Source: an uncultured bacterium (GTDB lineage: Bacteria > Acidobacteriota > HRBIN11 > JAKEFK01). From it: 64,000 nucleotides of DNA. This document shows, piece after piece, positions 1 to 10,974 of this stretch; the first letter of the stretch is position 1; every line of letters begins with the position of its first letter. The notes below the pieces were generated by a model. It was not told the DNA's origin and ran no database searches. It saw only the letters and a program-made list of their open reading frames with translations. Both the position numbers and the translations under genes were made by a program. Where the stretch lies: contig CAVZQN010000004.1 in assembly GCA_963777505.1 (NCBI GenBank), forward strand, positions 224,001 through 288,000. The letters are read 5' to 3'.

Positions 1-912
1 CGGATGAACAGCGACGCCTAATAAGATCCCGCTTAAAAATGGATGAGGAGTAAACCATTGCCATGATTTTCCTGCGTCCATGCTTCGTACAGCACCTTGA
101 CCCACGCCAAAGACCTGATCGGTTTTGGATGGATGAACCGCAAAGCTCCATATATAGCACTCACACCGGCGGGACGTCCAATTCTTTCCTGAATTTAAAG
201 TGCGGAAAATTCCATTAGCTCCCCCGGCATAAAGCACGACACTGTCCTTCGGGTCAATTGTCAGAGCATGCACTTCTTCATTTAACTTTAATCCATGATT
301 CGCAGCCTGCCATGACTCCCCTTCATTGGACGTTCTATAAACGATCCGGTTTGGTAGCAGTACATACGCAACTTTTCCGTTATTTGGATCAACTTCTATT
401 TGAGGCAAATCCGAGCAACACTCAGTATTGGTTTTCCACTTCAAACCTTTATTAATTTGATTCCATGTCAAACCGCTATCCTGACTTTTGTAAACGCCGT
501 TGTAAAAAGTCACTGCATAAATCGTTTTCGGGTTCTCTGGATGAAATTCCATGTCATGGAAAAAATCACCTACGAAAGGATAACGTGAATACAATTTCCA
601 TGTTTCTCCATCATCCGAACTTTGAAAAACACCCATAGACGAACTTGCAGCAAGAATTGATGAATCATTCAGCCGGTGAATTCTGACCACATATTCTCCG
701 CCGGCAACGTTTACGCGTTTCCATGTTTTTCCTGTATCCGCGCTTCTAAATAATCCTTCAAGTCCGCTTGCAAAAATTAAGTTTGCTTTTGCTGGATGAA
801 ACGCAAACGACTGAAATGATCCACCATAAGGTCCTCTGTTATCCCACGTCTCCGCATCTAACATCGAGACGCTCACAAACATTAGTAGTACGAAAACGAT
901 GGATCGACTCAT
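1..912 (-). CDS. Secreted BNR/Asp-box repeat beta-propeller protein (YCF48/sortilin-like), truncated by the window edge; absent from the ORF track
   Basis: Manual translation from ATG at 912: MSRSIVFVLLMFVSVSMLDAETWDNRGPYGG..., open to position 1. Signal peptide and repeated Asp-boxes (FRSADTGKTW, FQSSDDGETW, YKSQDSGLTW, YRTSNEGESW, FRTLNSGKNW, RSMDAGKSW). Confidence 0.85.
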   Translation of the reverse strand, partial: MSRSIVFVLLMFVSVSMLDAETWDNRGPYGGSFQSFAFHPAKANLIFASGLEGLFRSADTGKTWKRVNVAGGEYVVRIHRLNDSSILAASSSMGVFQSSDDGETWKLYSRYPFVGDFFHDMEFHPENPKTIYAVTFYNGVYKSQDSGLTWNQINKGLKWKTNTECCSDLPQIEVDPNNGKVAYVLLPNRIVYRTSNEGESWQAANHGLKLNEEVHALTIDPKDSVVLYAGGANGIFRTLNSGKNWTSRRCECYIWSFAVHPSKTDQVFGVGQGAVRSMDAGKSWQWFTPHPFLSGILLGVAVHP

Positions 913-934
913 ATAAATCTCTGTGCCTCTGCGG

Positions 935-3589
935 TTAGATGCTAGGGCCGAACATAACACCATTCATGAAAAGTTTGTTTAAACCTTCCCATGCCGCGCG
1001 AAAATTTGGATTTTCTGAAAACAGAATTACGTGACCTTCTCCTAGAGATTCTTCCGTCAAATATGCTTTTTTCTCAAGCCGCTTTTTTGTAATATCCCAG
1101 AATAATCCCCCAATCTTTAACGTTTCAGCGCTTGTATATGCGGCAACGGGTTTGTGATCAGGAGGAACTGAAAACACGTTTGAAGAATTAACAAAGACTG
1201 CTAGTTCTTCATTTTCATATCCGTAGGAAAGAAAATGTTTTAGATACAGCTTCACACGAGCAATTGAACCCAGAATATAATCGGGACTTTCAGTTGCTTT
1301 TTTTTCTTTCTCCTCTTCTTTGTCTTTTTCCGTGTCCTCAACCGGTTCCGCCGAATCTTTAATGAATTTTTTGATCGGTTTTATATCCGTTAGTTCTCCA
1401 TTTTTGCCAAGAAATGCTGCAGCACCTTGAATTGCTATCAGAGTACCCCCAAGCTCTACCCAGGTTTTTAGTTGTTGTACTCCTGATTTCCCTAATACTG
1501 ATTCATAACCGCCATATAAATTACTTTCATCAGGGAGAATGATTACGTTGTAATCCTTCAGATTAATGAACTTTAAATAAAACGCCTGCATCGGTGTAAA
1601 TTCCAGATCATATGTCTGATCGAACATATAAAAGATTTCACCGTATGAGTACGAATCAGTTGGCATATTCATAACAACGAGAACTTTTGGTTGTTTCAAA
1701 AAGACAACATCGTTACTTCCGAAATCCGGCCCTTGTTCGGTCCATCCAGTTTGTGCTGTTGAAAACTCGGCTCCAGTTTTTTGTACAACTTCGGAAATGA
1801 CCGAATTGAGAGTGGTCAAATTGTCTTTCACTTTAATAATGAAGGATCCTGCGCGGTATACTCGGCCATTTAGAGTGAATGGTTTGGTGGTAAAGTGCAC
1901 ACGCACATTTCGTTTCAATAATTCGTTTGCAGTTTTTAGATCCTGATTCGAACGATATTCAAGTAAATATGCGTACGTGGCCTGTGGGACCGGTATTGTC
2001 TTTTTTGCAATGCTTTTGATCGGTTGAATTGCAGTTGTTGTTCTGGATGATGACCAATACGTATCCAGCCCCATGGCAAGTGGCATTGACCACGCAGTAA
2101 TGTCATAGAGTTCGGTTGGTTCGTCTTCTTCGCGTCTCTTTGCTTCCGCTTCCAGAAAACTTTTTTCGAAGAGTGATTCTTTTTCAAACATCACCTGAAT
2201 TAAGCGTTTTAATGGTTGTTCGAGCGGGATGATGTAATCGCCGGATTGAAATTCTATAGTTTCAGGTTTGTCTTTGAAGTATGAATGTACGGTTGCGTTG
2301 AAAGAAGATTGAGCTTGTTTCACTTCAATTCCGTGAAATAACAAAATTTCCAAAGCACGATCTGCCTGCCCTGGATCAGTGGATCTGCGGATGATGTATT
2401 CACGGATGGGACCTGTTTTCCCTTCTTGAATTGCAGACGTATAAAAGTTGTAAAAGTCCTGCAATTTTTCCTTTCGATTTGCGGAAGACATTTTGCAAGT
2501 CGCAAGAGAAGAAAGAAAGTGATGAAAGACTGCGTCTTTGTAGTGTACGACCACGCCGTCGGTGCGCCGGACAACCAACCCGCGAACGCTTCCTTGTTCA
2601 AAGGTTCCCGAAATTGCGCCATTGTAAGTCGGCCAGCTATCACCGTAACCTGGATACCAGAAATCGAAACCTTCTTGCGTATAGTATTCAATTCCAAATC
2701 GATCGAACTCCGCTGCAATTGATTTGCCGAGTTTGTTCCACCATTCGGGTAAAGTCTTTGGAAGGTTTGGATTTTGTGGGTATGTTGGCGGGGGGAAAAA
2801 GTACGTGGCATTTTCGCCCATCTCGTGAACGTCAACGTAAACGTGAGGCTGATAACGTTGATATGCTTTTATTCGTGCTCTTGTTTCAATTTGTGAAAGA
2901 ACAGTCCAGTCACGATTCATATCGAATAGGTGATGGTTCGTTCTTCCGCTGGGCCAAACTTCGTTATGCTCAGCAGCATTCTGATCAGCATTTGGATGTT
3001 TGCCAGATGTTGTATAAAAATAATGAATGAATCTTTCGCGGCCATCAGGATTTTGCATCGGGTCAACAATCACAATTGAATTGCGCATGATTTCTTTTGT
3101 TTCAGCATCCTGGGCCGCAAGTAAGTAATAAATGATTGCAAGGCCTGCTTCCACACCGGAATGTTCGTTTCCATGAACTGAGTAACTTAAACCAACAAAG
3201 ACTGGATTCTTTTCAATAATTTGTTTTGCATCATCCGTTGAAACAACACGCGGGTCCGTCAACCTTAAATTTGCCTGCCGATATTCTTCAAGCCGCTCCA
3301 TATTTTCTTTGGAAGAAAGGACTACATAATAAAGAGACCTTCCTTCGTACGTTTTGCCAATCGTTTCAACTTTGATTTGAGACGTCGCTTTCGATAGCGC
3401 ATTCAGATACGTTTCCATATCGCGATGCCTGGTGATGTGTTCACCGAAGTCGTAACCCAAAACTGACTGAATCGTGGGAATGGATGGATCAAAAGTTTTT
3501 CCCATCCGCTGGAGAACCGGAGTTTCATCGGCAGAAGCGTAGCTTACAAAAAACAGCAATAAAATAATGAGATATCGGCGTATTTGCAT
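935..3589 (-). CDS. Secreted M14 family zinc carboxypeptidase-like protein
   Basis: Signal peptide from ATG 3589; SVHGNE, NPDG, DMNRDW and VDVHEM Zn/substrate motifs. Confidence 0.85.
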   Translation of the reverse strand: MQIRRYLIILLLFFVSYASADETPVLQRMGKTFDPSIPTIQSVLGYDFGEHITRHRDMETYLNALSKATSQIKVETIGKTYEGRSLYYVVLSSKENMERLEEYRQANLRLTDPRVVSTDDAKQIIEKNPVFVGLSYSVHGNEHSGVEAGLAIIYYLLAAQDAETKEIMRNSIVIVDPMQNPDGRERFIHYFYTTSGKHPNADQNAAEHNEVWPSGRTNHHLFDMNRDWTVLSQIETRARIKAYQRYQPHVYVDVHEMGENATYFFPPPTYPQNPNLPKTLPEWWNKLGKSIAAEFDRFGIEYYTQEGFDFWYPGYGDSWPTYNGAISGTFEQGSVRGLVVRRTDGVVVHYKDAVFHHFLSSLATCKMSSANRKEKLQDFYNFYTSAIQEGKTGPIREYIIRRSTDPGQADRALEILLFHGIEVKQAQSSFNATVHSYFKDKPETIEFQSGDYIIPLEQPLKRLIQVMFEKESLFEKSFLEAEAKRREEDEPTELYDITAWSMPLAMGLDTYWSSSRTTTAIQPIKSIAKKTIPVPQATYAYLLEYRSNQDLKTANELLKRNVRVHFTTKPFTLNGRVYRAGSFIIKVKDNLTTLNSVISEVVQKTGAEFSTAQTGWTEQGPDFGSNDVVFLKQPKVLVVMNMPTDSYSYGEIFYMFDQTYDLEFTPMQAFYLKFINLKDYNVIILPDESNLYGGYESVLGKSGVQQLKTWVELGGTLIAIQGAAAFLGKNGELTDIKPIKKFIKDSAEPVEDTEKDKEEEKEKKATESPDYILGSIARVKLYLKHFLSYGYENEELAVFVNSSNVFSVPPDHKPVAAYTSAETLKIGGLFWDITKKRLEKKAYLTEESLGEGHVILFSENPNFRAAWEGLNKLFMNGVMFGPSI

Positions 3590-3675
3590 CAACAACTCCC
3601 GGCTCAAGGTTTTTTGACAAGATTCTCTATTGTATAAGCAATTGTGGAAATGCTTTGTGTCTCTGTGGTTTGTGT

Positions 3676-4632
3676 TTAACGGGTCCCGATGACAGTATTT
3701 GGAAAGATGTCGCGTGATTCGCGAAGGAAAACATGTTCCAATCCCGCATAACGCCGCGAAAAATGGAATAGATGAAGCATCTTAACGCCGGCTTCACGTG
3801 CAATCATCGCAGCCTGAACCGTTGTCAGGTGATGCGTTCTCGTAGCGCGATCTTCATCCTGTTTTAAGAATGAGGATTCACAAAACAGATGATCCGCACC
3901 CTGTGCTAAATCAATCATCTTTGGAATATTTTCTCCTTGATAAATTGCATCGGTGATGTAGGCGATCGAATAACCTTTGGAGTGATACAGCAAAGATTTT
4001 CTAAGTTCAGCAATATCGTGTGTTTGTTCACCGATGGAAATTGATCCGCTTTCGCGGGATTTCAGCTCTTTGATCCATGGACCTGCTTCAAACCCGGTAT
4101 TTGCAAGCGCATCTTCATCCACTTTCCATTGATCCTGCGTAAAGAGTCTGTATCCAATTGAAGTGATGCTGAGATGTTGAAGCGCCTGATGCCGAAAGCT
4201 CCAATCATCTCGTGGATCGAGCACTGGATCTTCAGCTTGCTGCTCTTCCAGCTGATATTTTTTTTGCGGAAGTAGTTGAAAGGAACGTAGCGGATCGAGT
4301 TCAGTAACTCGATATTGAAGATATACGGTATCAGCGAGATTCCAAACGTATCCATGAATCTTGTGATAAACATGTTCGGCCGTGCCTTGCGGTCCGATGA
4401 TATGAAGCGTATTGGTACTTCCCAGATGCACGCGCATCCAGGAATCGAAGCCGATGAAATGATCCAGATGTGTATGCGAGAGAAATAAGAAACGAGCGCG
4501 AAGCAATCGAGCGTGACCTAAATGTTGATTACCGCAATCTAACAAAAATGAATGCGGAAGGTTTGCGGGTTCTACATAGAGACACGGATCTCCTGTTGCT
4601 CCAGATCCAAGTGTAAAGATAGCTCGTTCCAT
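3676..4632 (-). CDS. MBL-fold metallo-hydrolase, ribonuclease Z/BN-like
   Basis: SHTHLDH motif, YITD, LFCESSF, HHLT and FHFSRRY motifs typical of RNase Z. Confidence 0.75.
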   Translation of the reverse strand: MERAIFTLGSGATGDPCLYVEPANLPHSFLLDCGNQHLGHARLLRARFLFLSHTHLDHFIGFDSWMRVHLGSTNTLHIIGPQGTAEHVYHKIHGYVWNLADTVYLQYRVTELDPLRSFQLLPQKKYQLEEQQAEDPVLDPRDDWSFRHQALQHLSITSIGYRLFTQDQWKVDEDALANTGFEAGPWIKELKSRESGSISIGEQTHDIAELRKSLLYHSKGYSIAYITDAIYQGENIPKMIDLAQGADHLFCESSFLKQDEDRATRTHHLTTVQAAMIAREAGVKMLHLFHFSRRYAGLEHVFLRESRDIFPNTVIGTR

Positions 4633-4651
4633 TTGAACTGCTGCTTAAAAT

Positions 4652-5479
4652 TTATTGCTTAAGTACATCACCCATGCTTAGAATCGTTTTTCCATCTGTG
4701 ATGATTGTCTTAACTCCCGGAGCAAGCTTCTGAACATATTCATATTGAATCAATGCAGGATTAGCGGCGAGTACCTGTGCTTTCAAACGAATTGATTCGG
4801 CCTCACCCTGAGCTTCGATGATCTTTCGATCTTTTTCCTGTCTCTCTTTTTCCAACACATATTGCATCCTTTGAGCTTCCTGCTGCGCAATTTGTTTTTG
4901 CTCGATCGCCTTTTCGAACTCAGGTGAGAACCGGATATTTCTGATCAGGATCTCATCAAGAATCAAATAACTTGCCTGGAACTTTTTCTTTATATTGCTC
5001 TGTGTTTGGTTCTGAATCTCACTTCTTTTTTCTGTGTATACTTCCGTCACAGGATAAGCCGATACCGCCAGACGGATTTGATTCCGGACCTCAGGACGAA
5101 CGACTTTGTTGATGTAATCCGGGCCAATTTCGCGGTGCAAATTTGGCAGACGGGTAGGATCGATGTGAAAACGAACTGATAAGTCCATTTTTACGATCTG
5201 TCCGTCTTTGGTCAGAGTTTCAATCGCATCATCTCCCTTCGGCTCTCCTTCGGCATATGTTGCTGCCATTGTGTAAGTCAGAACACGTGTGTCGTACGCT
5301 ACTGATTTTTGGAGACCAGGGATCAAAAGATTAGTTCCAGGATAACGTGACGAGAGTTTCCCGGTAACCTGGTTAAATATGACCGCCATTTCGCCGGCGC
5401 CGATGATCAGGACGGTGTTGGCCAGAATCCAAATGATTAGAATGGCCAATGCCCCGAGAATAACAAGTCTGTATTTCAT
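4652..5479 (-). CDS. SPFH/Band 7 prohibitin family membrane protein
   Basis: N-terminal TM helix; TKDGQ, LHREIGPDY and FEKAIEQKQIAQQEA coiled coil; SD AGGAG upstream. Confidence 0.9.
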   Translation of the reverse strand: MKYRLVILGALAILIIWILANTVLIIGAGEMAVIFNQVTGKLSSRYPGTNLLIPGLQKSVAYDTRVLTYTMAATYAEGEPKGDDAIETLTKDGQIVKMDLSVRFHIDPTRLPNLHREIGPDYINKVVRPEVRNQIRLAVSAYPVTEVYTEKRSEIQNQTQSNIKKKFQASYLILDEILIRNIRFSPEFEKAIEQKQIAQQEAQRMQYVLEKERQEKDRKIIEAQGEAESIRLKAQVLAANPALIQYEYVQKLAPGVKTIITDGKTILSMGDVLKQ

Positions 5480-5647
5480 AGCTCCTCCTAAGGTGCCGCT
5501 TCCCTAATTATTTCACTATTTTAGATGGTAAGGCATCGAAAGATCAGAGAGTTATAATACGAGGGAATTTAGAGGCATGCTAGCCGAGTCCCGACACAGG
5601 TTTGTAAGTCCCTTGAAACACGAACCAAGAATTAGTTCAATATATAT

Positions 5648-7705
5648 ATGATGCTTTTGATGTATAAGCTTTTCACCGGTGTCTTTTTGAAACTCAATTC
5701 AACAAAACTTCTAAAATTCATTTTGGCTTCGCTGTTGATTTCAACTGTTAGTTCTGCTGCAGATGTGGCATACGTTTCGATTGTTGGCGGCAACGAAGAA
5801 TCTCTTCTAGAGCAGAAGGATTTGAAACTGGAAGTTGATGGAAAAGAAATTCCAATAAAAGAATTTTTCTATGTTGATACACTTCATCCAAAACAGCGGA
5901 CTCTGCTGCATCCAGCAGGCAGAAGACAGCATGTTATTGTTCTGGATCTCGTTCTAAGCAAAGCAGACGATATTGTTAAAGCCAGAGCAATGATGGAGGA
6001 ACTTTCTTCGAAGGCTCCTGAACAGGATTTATTCGCCATGGCTGCGATTACACAAGTGGATGGTTTGCGATGGTTTTGTCATTTAACTTCGGACAGAAAT
6101 CAGATTCGCGCAGCATGGAATTCTATCTCTAAAGAAAAGGCGTCCGGTTTTGATGAAGGGCCTGAAGGAAATTTATATTCATCAAAGTTTGCAGGAACAG
6201 TTCCGGTTCAACAAATCAGTGAAGACTCTTTTAGAAAAAACCTTGCAACGTTTGCGCCGAAGGCAACCGATCAGGATCGATTCATTGTCGTTCAAGGCCT
6301 GGTAGACATTGCTTACTTACTTTCCACGATTGAGGGCCGAAAGAATGTATATCTGTTTAGCCCGGGTCTGGATGCAAAAGGTTTAAGCGTCAATCTGGAT
6401 CTTGATCGCAGAAAAAAGGGAGAAACGCAGCAAGCGGCTGCTGCAAATGATCCAACAACATTTGATAGCATGGCGACACCGACCAGAGATATTGAGGAAC
6501 TTGCAAAGCAGGGTCCGTCGCGACGTCCACGTGAAACGGGTGTTGAAATTATTCCGGAACTTTATTCTGGAACCGATGCTCATGTCCATGTAATTTCGTC
6601 ATCAGCAGAAAGAAATGGATTTCTCGAAGATCTCACTTCTAAGACGACGGGAGTCTATTTTGATGGCGTTTTGGATACTACACGCGTGTTAAACTCCGAT
6701 CGCTTTTATTACGTCATAAGCTGGGAAGAAATGGAAACTGAAAAGACTTTGAATTCTTTGAAGGTTTCATCAGGCAACCGGGAAATACAGGCTTCAAATA
6801 AATGGTTAGCTCCAAAATATTTTGCAGAATACACACGCGACGAAAAAAGAGCGATGATTTCGGAAGCTGTTTTTAAGGATTATGGCCAACAACAACCTGA
6901 TGTAAATTTTTGGGCTGATTTTTATTTTGAAGAAGGCCTGAACAAGATTCCTGCCTTTACTCAAATATCGGGAAGTAAACTTTTGAAAGGCAATCAGGAA
7001 TCACGCGTTCTGGAAATTTACGGTTATGTAATTGATTCAGATCAAAAGATTGTTGATTTCCGTTCATCAGTCGTTGAAATGGATCTTACAAATAAAAAGC
7101 TGCGCGAACGGCTTGAAAAATCCGGAGTCAAAGTCTGGCAAATCCTGTTAGGCAGTACGAAGCCGATGAAAATCCGCTGGATTGTTTTAGATGGTCAGTC
7201 CGGAGAAATTATGACTCATTCAATGGCCTTCGATGTTAAAGAAACTGAAATGACGATGAGCAATCCTTTTGTACCATCTACCGATATGCAATGGATTATC
7301 TGGCCAAAACCTACTGATCAACTAGGACATCGCGGCGTTAATCTTCGATATCCATATAGTACTGGTGATGGTGTTTTCTTTCCGGAGTTAGCGCCTGTTG
7401 TTAATACTAATGATAAAAGCCGCGTTGTTTACTTCAAAATTTATAACCTTTTGCCGGAGAGCCAGAATCCACCGGTGCGGTTTCATTTACTTGATTCCCA
7501 GGGCAAAGCTTCTGAAGTGATGGAATTCAACCTTCTGAAAAAGCCCTCACAAATTGAGCACCAGGGATTGGAGTTGTTCTGGACTGTAAATGCTTTTCCG
7601 AATGTGCAGCCGGGTGAATATCGATTACGAGTGGACATTAAAGAGCCTGCAGGGAAAACTGGAATAGCTGCAGAAATCCCTAAATTTCAATTGAAGGAAT
7701 TCTAA
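5648..7705 (+). CDS. Secreted VWA-like (Acidobacterial VWFA-related) protein with C-terminal Ig-like domain; start uncertain
   Basis: Signal peptide; HPAGRRQ-x-DL, IEGRKNVYLFSPG and YYVI motifs; paralog of the next gene. Confidence 0.65.
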   Translation: MMLLMYKLFTGVFLKLNSTKLLKFILASLLISTVSSAADVAYVSIVGGNEESLLEQKDLKLEVDGKEIPIKEFFYVDTLHPKQRTLLHPAGRRQHVIVLDLVLSKADDIVKARAMMEELSSKAPEQDLFAMAAITQVDGLRWFCHLTSDRNQIRAAWNSISKEKASGFDEGPEGNLYSSKFAGTVPVQQISEDSFRKNLATFAPKATDQDRFIVVQGLVDIAYLLSTIEGRKNVYLFSPGLDAKGLSVNLDLDRRKKGETQQAAAANDPTTFDSMATPTRDIEELAKQGPSRRPRETGVEIIPELYSGTDAHVHVISSSAERNGFLEDLTSKTTGVYFDGVLDTTRVLNSDRFYYVISWEEMETEKTLNSLKVSSGNREIQASNKWLAPKYFAEYTRDEKRAMISEAVFKDYGQQQPDVNFWADFYFEEGLNKIPAFTQISGSKLLKGNQESRVLEIYGYVIDSDQKIVDFRSSVVEMDLTNKKLRERLEKSGVKVWQILLGSTKPMKIRWIVLDGQSGEIMTHSMAFDVKETEMTMSNPFVPSTDMQWIIWPKPTDQLGHRGVNLRYPYSTGDGVFFPELAPVVNTNDKSRVVYFKIYNLLPESQNPPVRFHLLDSQGKASEVMEFNLLKKPSQIEHQGLELFWTVNAFPNVQPGEYRLRVDIKEPAGKTGIAAEIPKFQLKEF

Positions 7706-7735
7706 TTGTATATTTATCCTGTATTGAGCCTTAGA

Positions 7736-7815
7736 TACCGCGGAGGCGCAGAGGAGCAAGGGGCCAGAGAAACTATTCTCCTCCGCACCCCGGCTCCTCT
7801 CTCCTCGGCAGTATC
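7736..7815. repeat. Imperfect GAGGAG/CTCCTC inverted repeat (long hairpin) between the VWA paralogs
   Basis: ataccgcggaggcgcagaggagc...gctcctctcctcggcagtat arms. Confidence 0.5.
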
Positions 7816-7885
7816 CATAAGTACAGGTTTTTGTCTGTTTCCAGGTAGGGAAAAAAAGTAACCGTAGAACTTTTTAGGTGAAACT

Positions 7886-9905
7886 ATGAGAAAGAATTTG
7901 CTTCTGTTTTGTTTGCTATTGAGTTTCGCAATTTCAGTGCAAGCGGAAACTATGTACCTAACCGTGCTGGATTCGGGAGCATCGAAGAAAGAAGATGTAA
8001 TTGTTAAATTGGACAAAAAAGATACTTCTGTGTCCGATTTTATGGTTGTCGATGTTTCGAGCCGGACACCAGAAGTGTTATCTCATCCTGCAGGGCGGCG
8101 CCAGTATTTGCTTCTTTTCGATTTACTTCACAGCAAACCGGAAGAAATGGTACAAGCACGGAATTTCACCACGTGCCTTTCTTGAAAAAGTCGGGAAAGA
8201 TGATCTGGTTGCGGTTGCTGCAATTGGAAAAAAAACTGGCTTAAGATTTCTGAGTGGTTTTACTACAGACCGTAACAAAATAAATGCGGGGCTGAATTTT
8301 ATCGGAGTAGAAAAACTAGATGGTGTCTTGCAAGGCCCCGATGGAAATCTTTATTCACTTCAATTTGCACCTCAAGCTCATTCAGTCGCATTAATTCCTG
8401 AAGATAAATTCGTTGGGAATGTCACCTTAGCTATTGGCAGTGCGGATGACAAAAACAAAATAGATACAGTCTCACTTTTTGTTGGTGCATTCAGCGATCT
8501 TGCCCTTTCACTTGCAAGTGTTGAAGGCCGTAAAAACGTAATTTTGTTCAGCCCTGGTTTTGATACGAAAGGAGCGAAGATTCAGGTCATGGAAGAAAAT
8601 TTTTCCGATCAATATGTTGACTCCTCAATTCGGTCTGATACTTACATTAACACTCCTGAAGAAGAACGAGCCGAAGAAGAAGCGCGAAGAAAACAACAAC
8701 GTGAAAGTGTTCCAGCCGGTCCAGCCGTTCAAGTAGAAGGAATTCCTGAATTCGTTGCCGGAACTTTTACGTCTGTACAAATGATCAGCCCTATCGGACA
8801 GGAATTCGATTTCTTTAAGAAGTTAACAGCACATAATGGCGGTCTTTATCTGCGGCAAATTCAGGATCCTGCAGCGGCAGTCGATCAGATTCTAAATGTA
8901 GATAAGAAATATTGGGTCATTGGTTTTGATGGAAAAACGGAACGTGAATTCAAAAAAGCACACGATCTAAAAATAACATCGGCCGGCCGCGATATTCCTA
9001 CTGTTGGCTGGGTCGCTCCACGGCCTTTTGCAAACTATACACAGGTTGAACGCCGCCTTCATTTATCGGAAGCGATCTACAAAAATTATGATTCACCTGC
9101 AGGCGGTGAAAAGTTCTGGTCTGATGTTGTATTCCAACAAGGACAACCGCGTGTGCCAGTCTTTGCGCAATTGCCCGGCACAGGTTTGATCAAAAAAGAC
9201 ATCGACAATCTGGCGCTTGAGTTCTACAGCTTCTTAGTAAATGCTGATGGAGTGATTGTTGATTTTGCAGCTATACCAGTACGAATGGATTTGAAAAATA
9301 AACAATTGCGCGAACGCTTAAGTCAATCAGGCGTAAAAGTGTGGAGCCAGCTCCTTGGCAATCCTGGCCCTGCCACCGTTCGATGCGTTCTGGTTGATTC
9401 AACTTTTGGGGATACGATCACATTTACAAATCCGATCGATATACAAAATGCGGATTTAACTACCTCATACCCATTCTTTCCTGCAACAAATCTTCAATGG
9501 CTCGTTTGGCCTAAACCCCAGGATGGACAATCAAAACGCGGTGTACAACTGCAATATCCATATGAGATGGGATCCGATCAAATGTTTTTTCCGGATCTGA
9601 CTCCAAGTTTAAAAAAGGCAGAAAGCGGACAGGTCATTTATTTCAAGATTTATAACAAACCTGCAGGAGCTAAAAATCCTCCGATCACGCTGCAGCTCCA
9701 GGACCAAAGCGGTAAATCTACTGAAATTGAGCAATTTGCATTGATGCAGAACCCAAAAGACCTGGAACAGGGCGGTTTGGAATTATTCTGGAAACTACAG
9801 GCTATTCCGGATGTACCCCCTGGAACATATCAATTCAAGGTTAATATTAAAGATATGACCAAAAATAAGGAGGTCGTACGAACCATCCCAATGCTGGTAC
9901 AATAA
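7886..9905 (+). CDS. Second secreted VWA-like paralog, split by one frameshift near 8170
   Basis: ORF 7886-8185 (signal peptide, HPAGRRQYLLLFDLLHS) continues in ORF 8001-9905 (VEGRKNVILFSPG, YFKIYN); collinear with 5648-7705. Confidence 0.7.
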
Positions 9906-9963
9906 AGACTCTCCTTTACGTTCGGACCAAGCTGGAAATAATTTTTTTAAAAAGAGGAAGGAT

Positions 9964-10905
9964 ATGAAAATTCGCACACCGTTGTTGATACTTCTGTTAA
10001 TCGCGATTGGATATAGCTCTATTATTTTTGCTCAATCAGGAGCCGCCAAAGGAAAAGGACGAATCCGCGGAACTATTACCGATGCAAGCGGTGCGCCTAT
10101 TCCTGATGCAACGATACGCTTCGTAAGTGAAAAGCGTCAAACAAGTTTTGAAGTAAAGGGAAAAAGTGATGGTACTTTTACTGTTGCTGGTATAGCTGGC
10201 GGCGCGTGGAATGTCGATTTCATTAAAGAAGGATTCAAAGAAAGAAAAATTTCAATTCAAGTCAGCGAACTAAGTTATAACCAACCGATCGATGTCAAAA
10301 TGGAAAAGGCTGTAGCAGCGCAAGCAGCTGCGCCAAAGGAAAAAGCCCCTGGAATAGAACTTGTAGAAGCAGGTAACGCTTTGCGTGCTCAAAAGGATTA
10401 TGCTGGAGCGATTGCAAAATATGAAGCAGCATTGGCCGCAAATCCTGCGCTTGCGGAAGTCCATGGTGATATCGCCAGAATTTATTCCGAACAAGGAAAA
10501 TATGATGAAGCTCTTGCTTCGTATAAGAAATTTGTAGATGTAAAACCTGATAATCAGGAAGTAAAATTGGAAATGGCTGCGATTCTTTTGCAACAAAAGA
10601 AAGTAGATGAAGCCAAAGCACTTTTAGGCGCCGCCAATTTGGAAAGTATTACGAATCCGTATACTCTGTATAACCTGGGCGTCGGTTTTTATAACTCACA
10701 GCAGGCAGAAGAAGCGATCCGTTATTGGGAGAAAGCGGTATCACTCGATCCTAAAATGACGGATGCCTGGCTGCAGTTAGGATTTGCTTACTATTCAGTT
10801 AGTAATACGGCGAAAGCCAAAGAAGCTCTTCAAAAAGTGATTGAATTAGAACCGGGATCTGATAATGCGAAGAGTGCGCAGGAATTTCTAGCATCGATGC
10901 AGTAG
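9964..10905 (+). CDS. Secreted carboxypeptidase-regulatory-like domain + TPR protein
   Basis: Signal peptide; GRIRGTITDASGAPIPDA (CarboxypepD_reg-like); several TPRs such as YNLGVGFYN and AWLQLGFAY. Confidence 0.8.
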   Translation: MKIRTPLLILLLIAIGYSSIIFAQSGAAKGKGRIRGTITDASGAPIPDATIRFVSEKRQTSFEVKGKSDGTFTVAGIAGGAWNVDFIKEGFKERKISIQVSELSYNQPIDVKMEKAVAAQAAAPKEKAPGIELVEAGNALRAQKDYAGAIAKYEAALAANPALAEVHGDIARIYSEQGKYDEALASYKKFVDVKPDNQEVKLEMAAILLQQKKVDEAKALLGAANLESITNPYTLYNLGVGFYNSQQAEEAIRYWEKAVSLDPKMTDAWLQLGFAYYSVSNTAKAKEALQKVIELEPGSDNAKSAQEFLASMQ

Positions 10906-10974
10906 CGAAATTTTTGTGCTGGAGATTTTTGCGCAATTGAAACATCAAGCTGATCGCGGTTTGATGAGGTGGTT

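Noticed and set aside
7714-8016. 100-aa minus-strand ORF
   Set aside because: It is antisense to the VWA gene start and the intergenic hairpin, with no coding signal.
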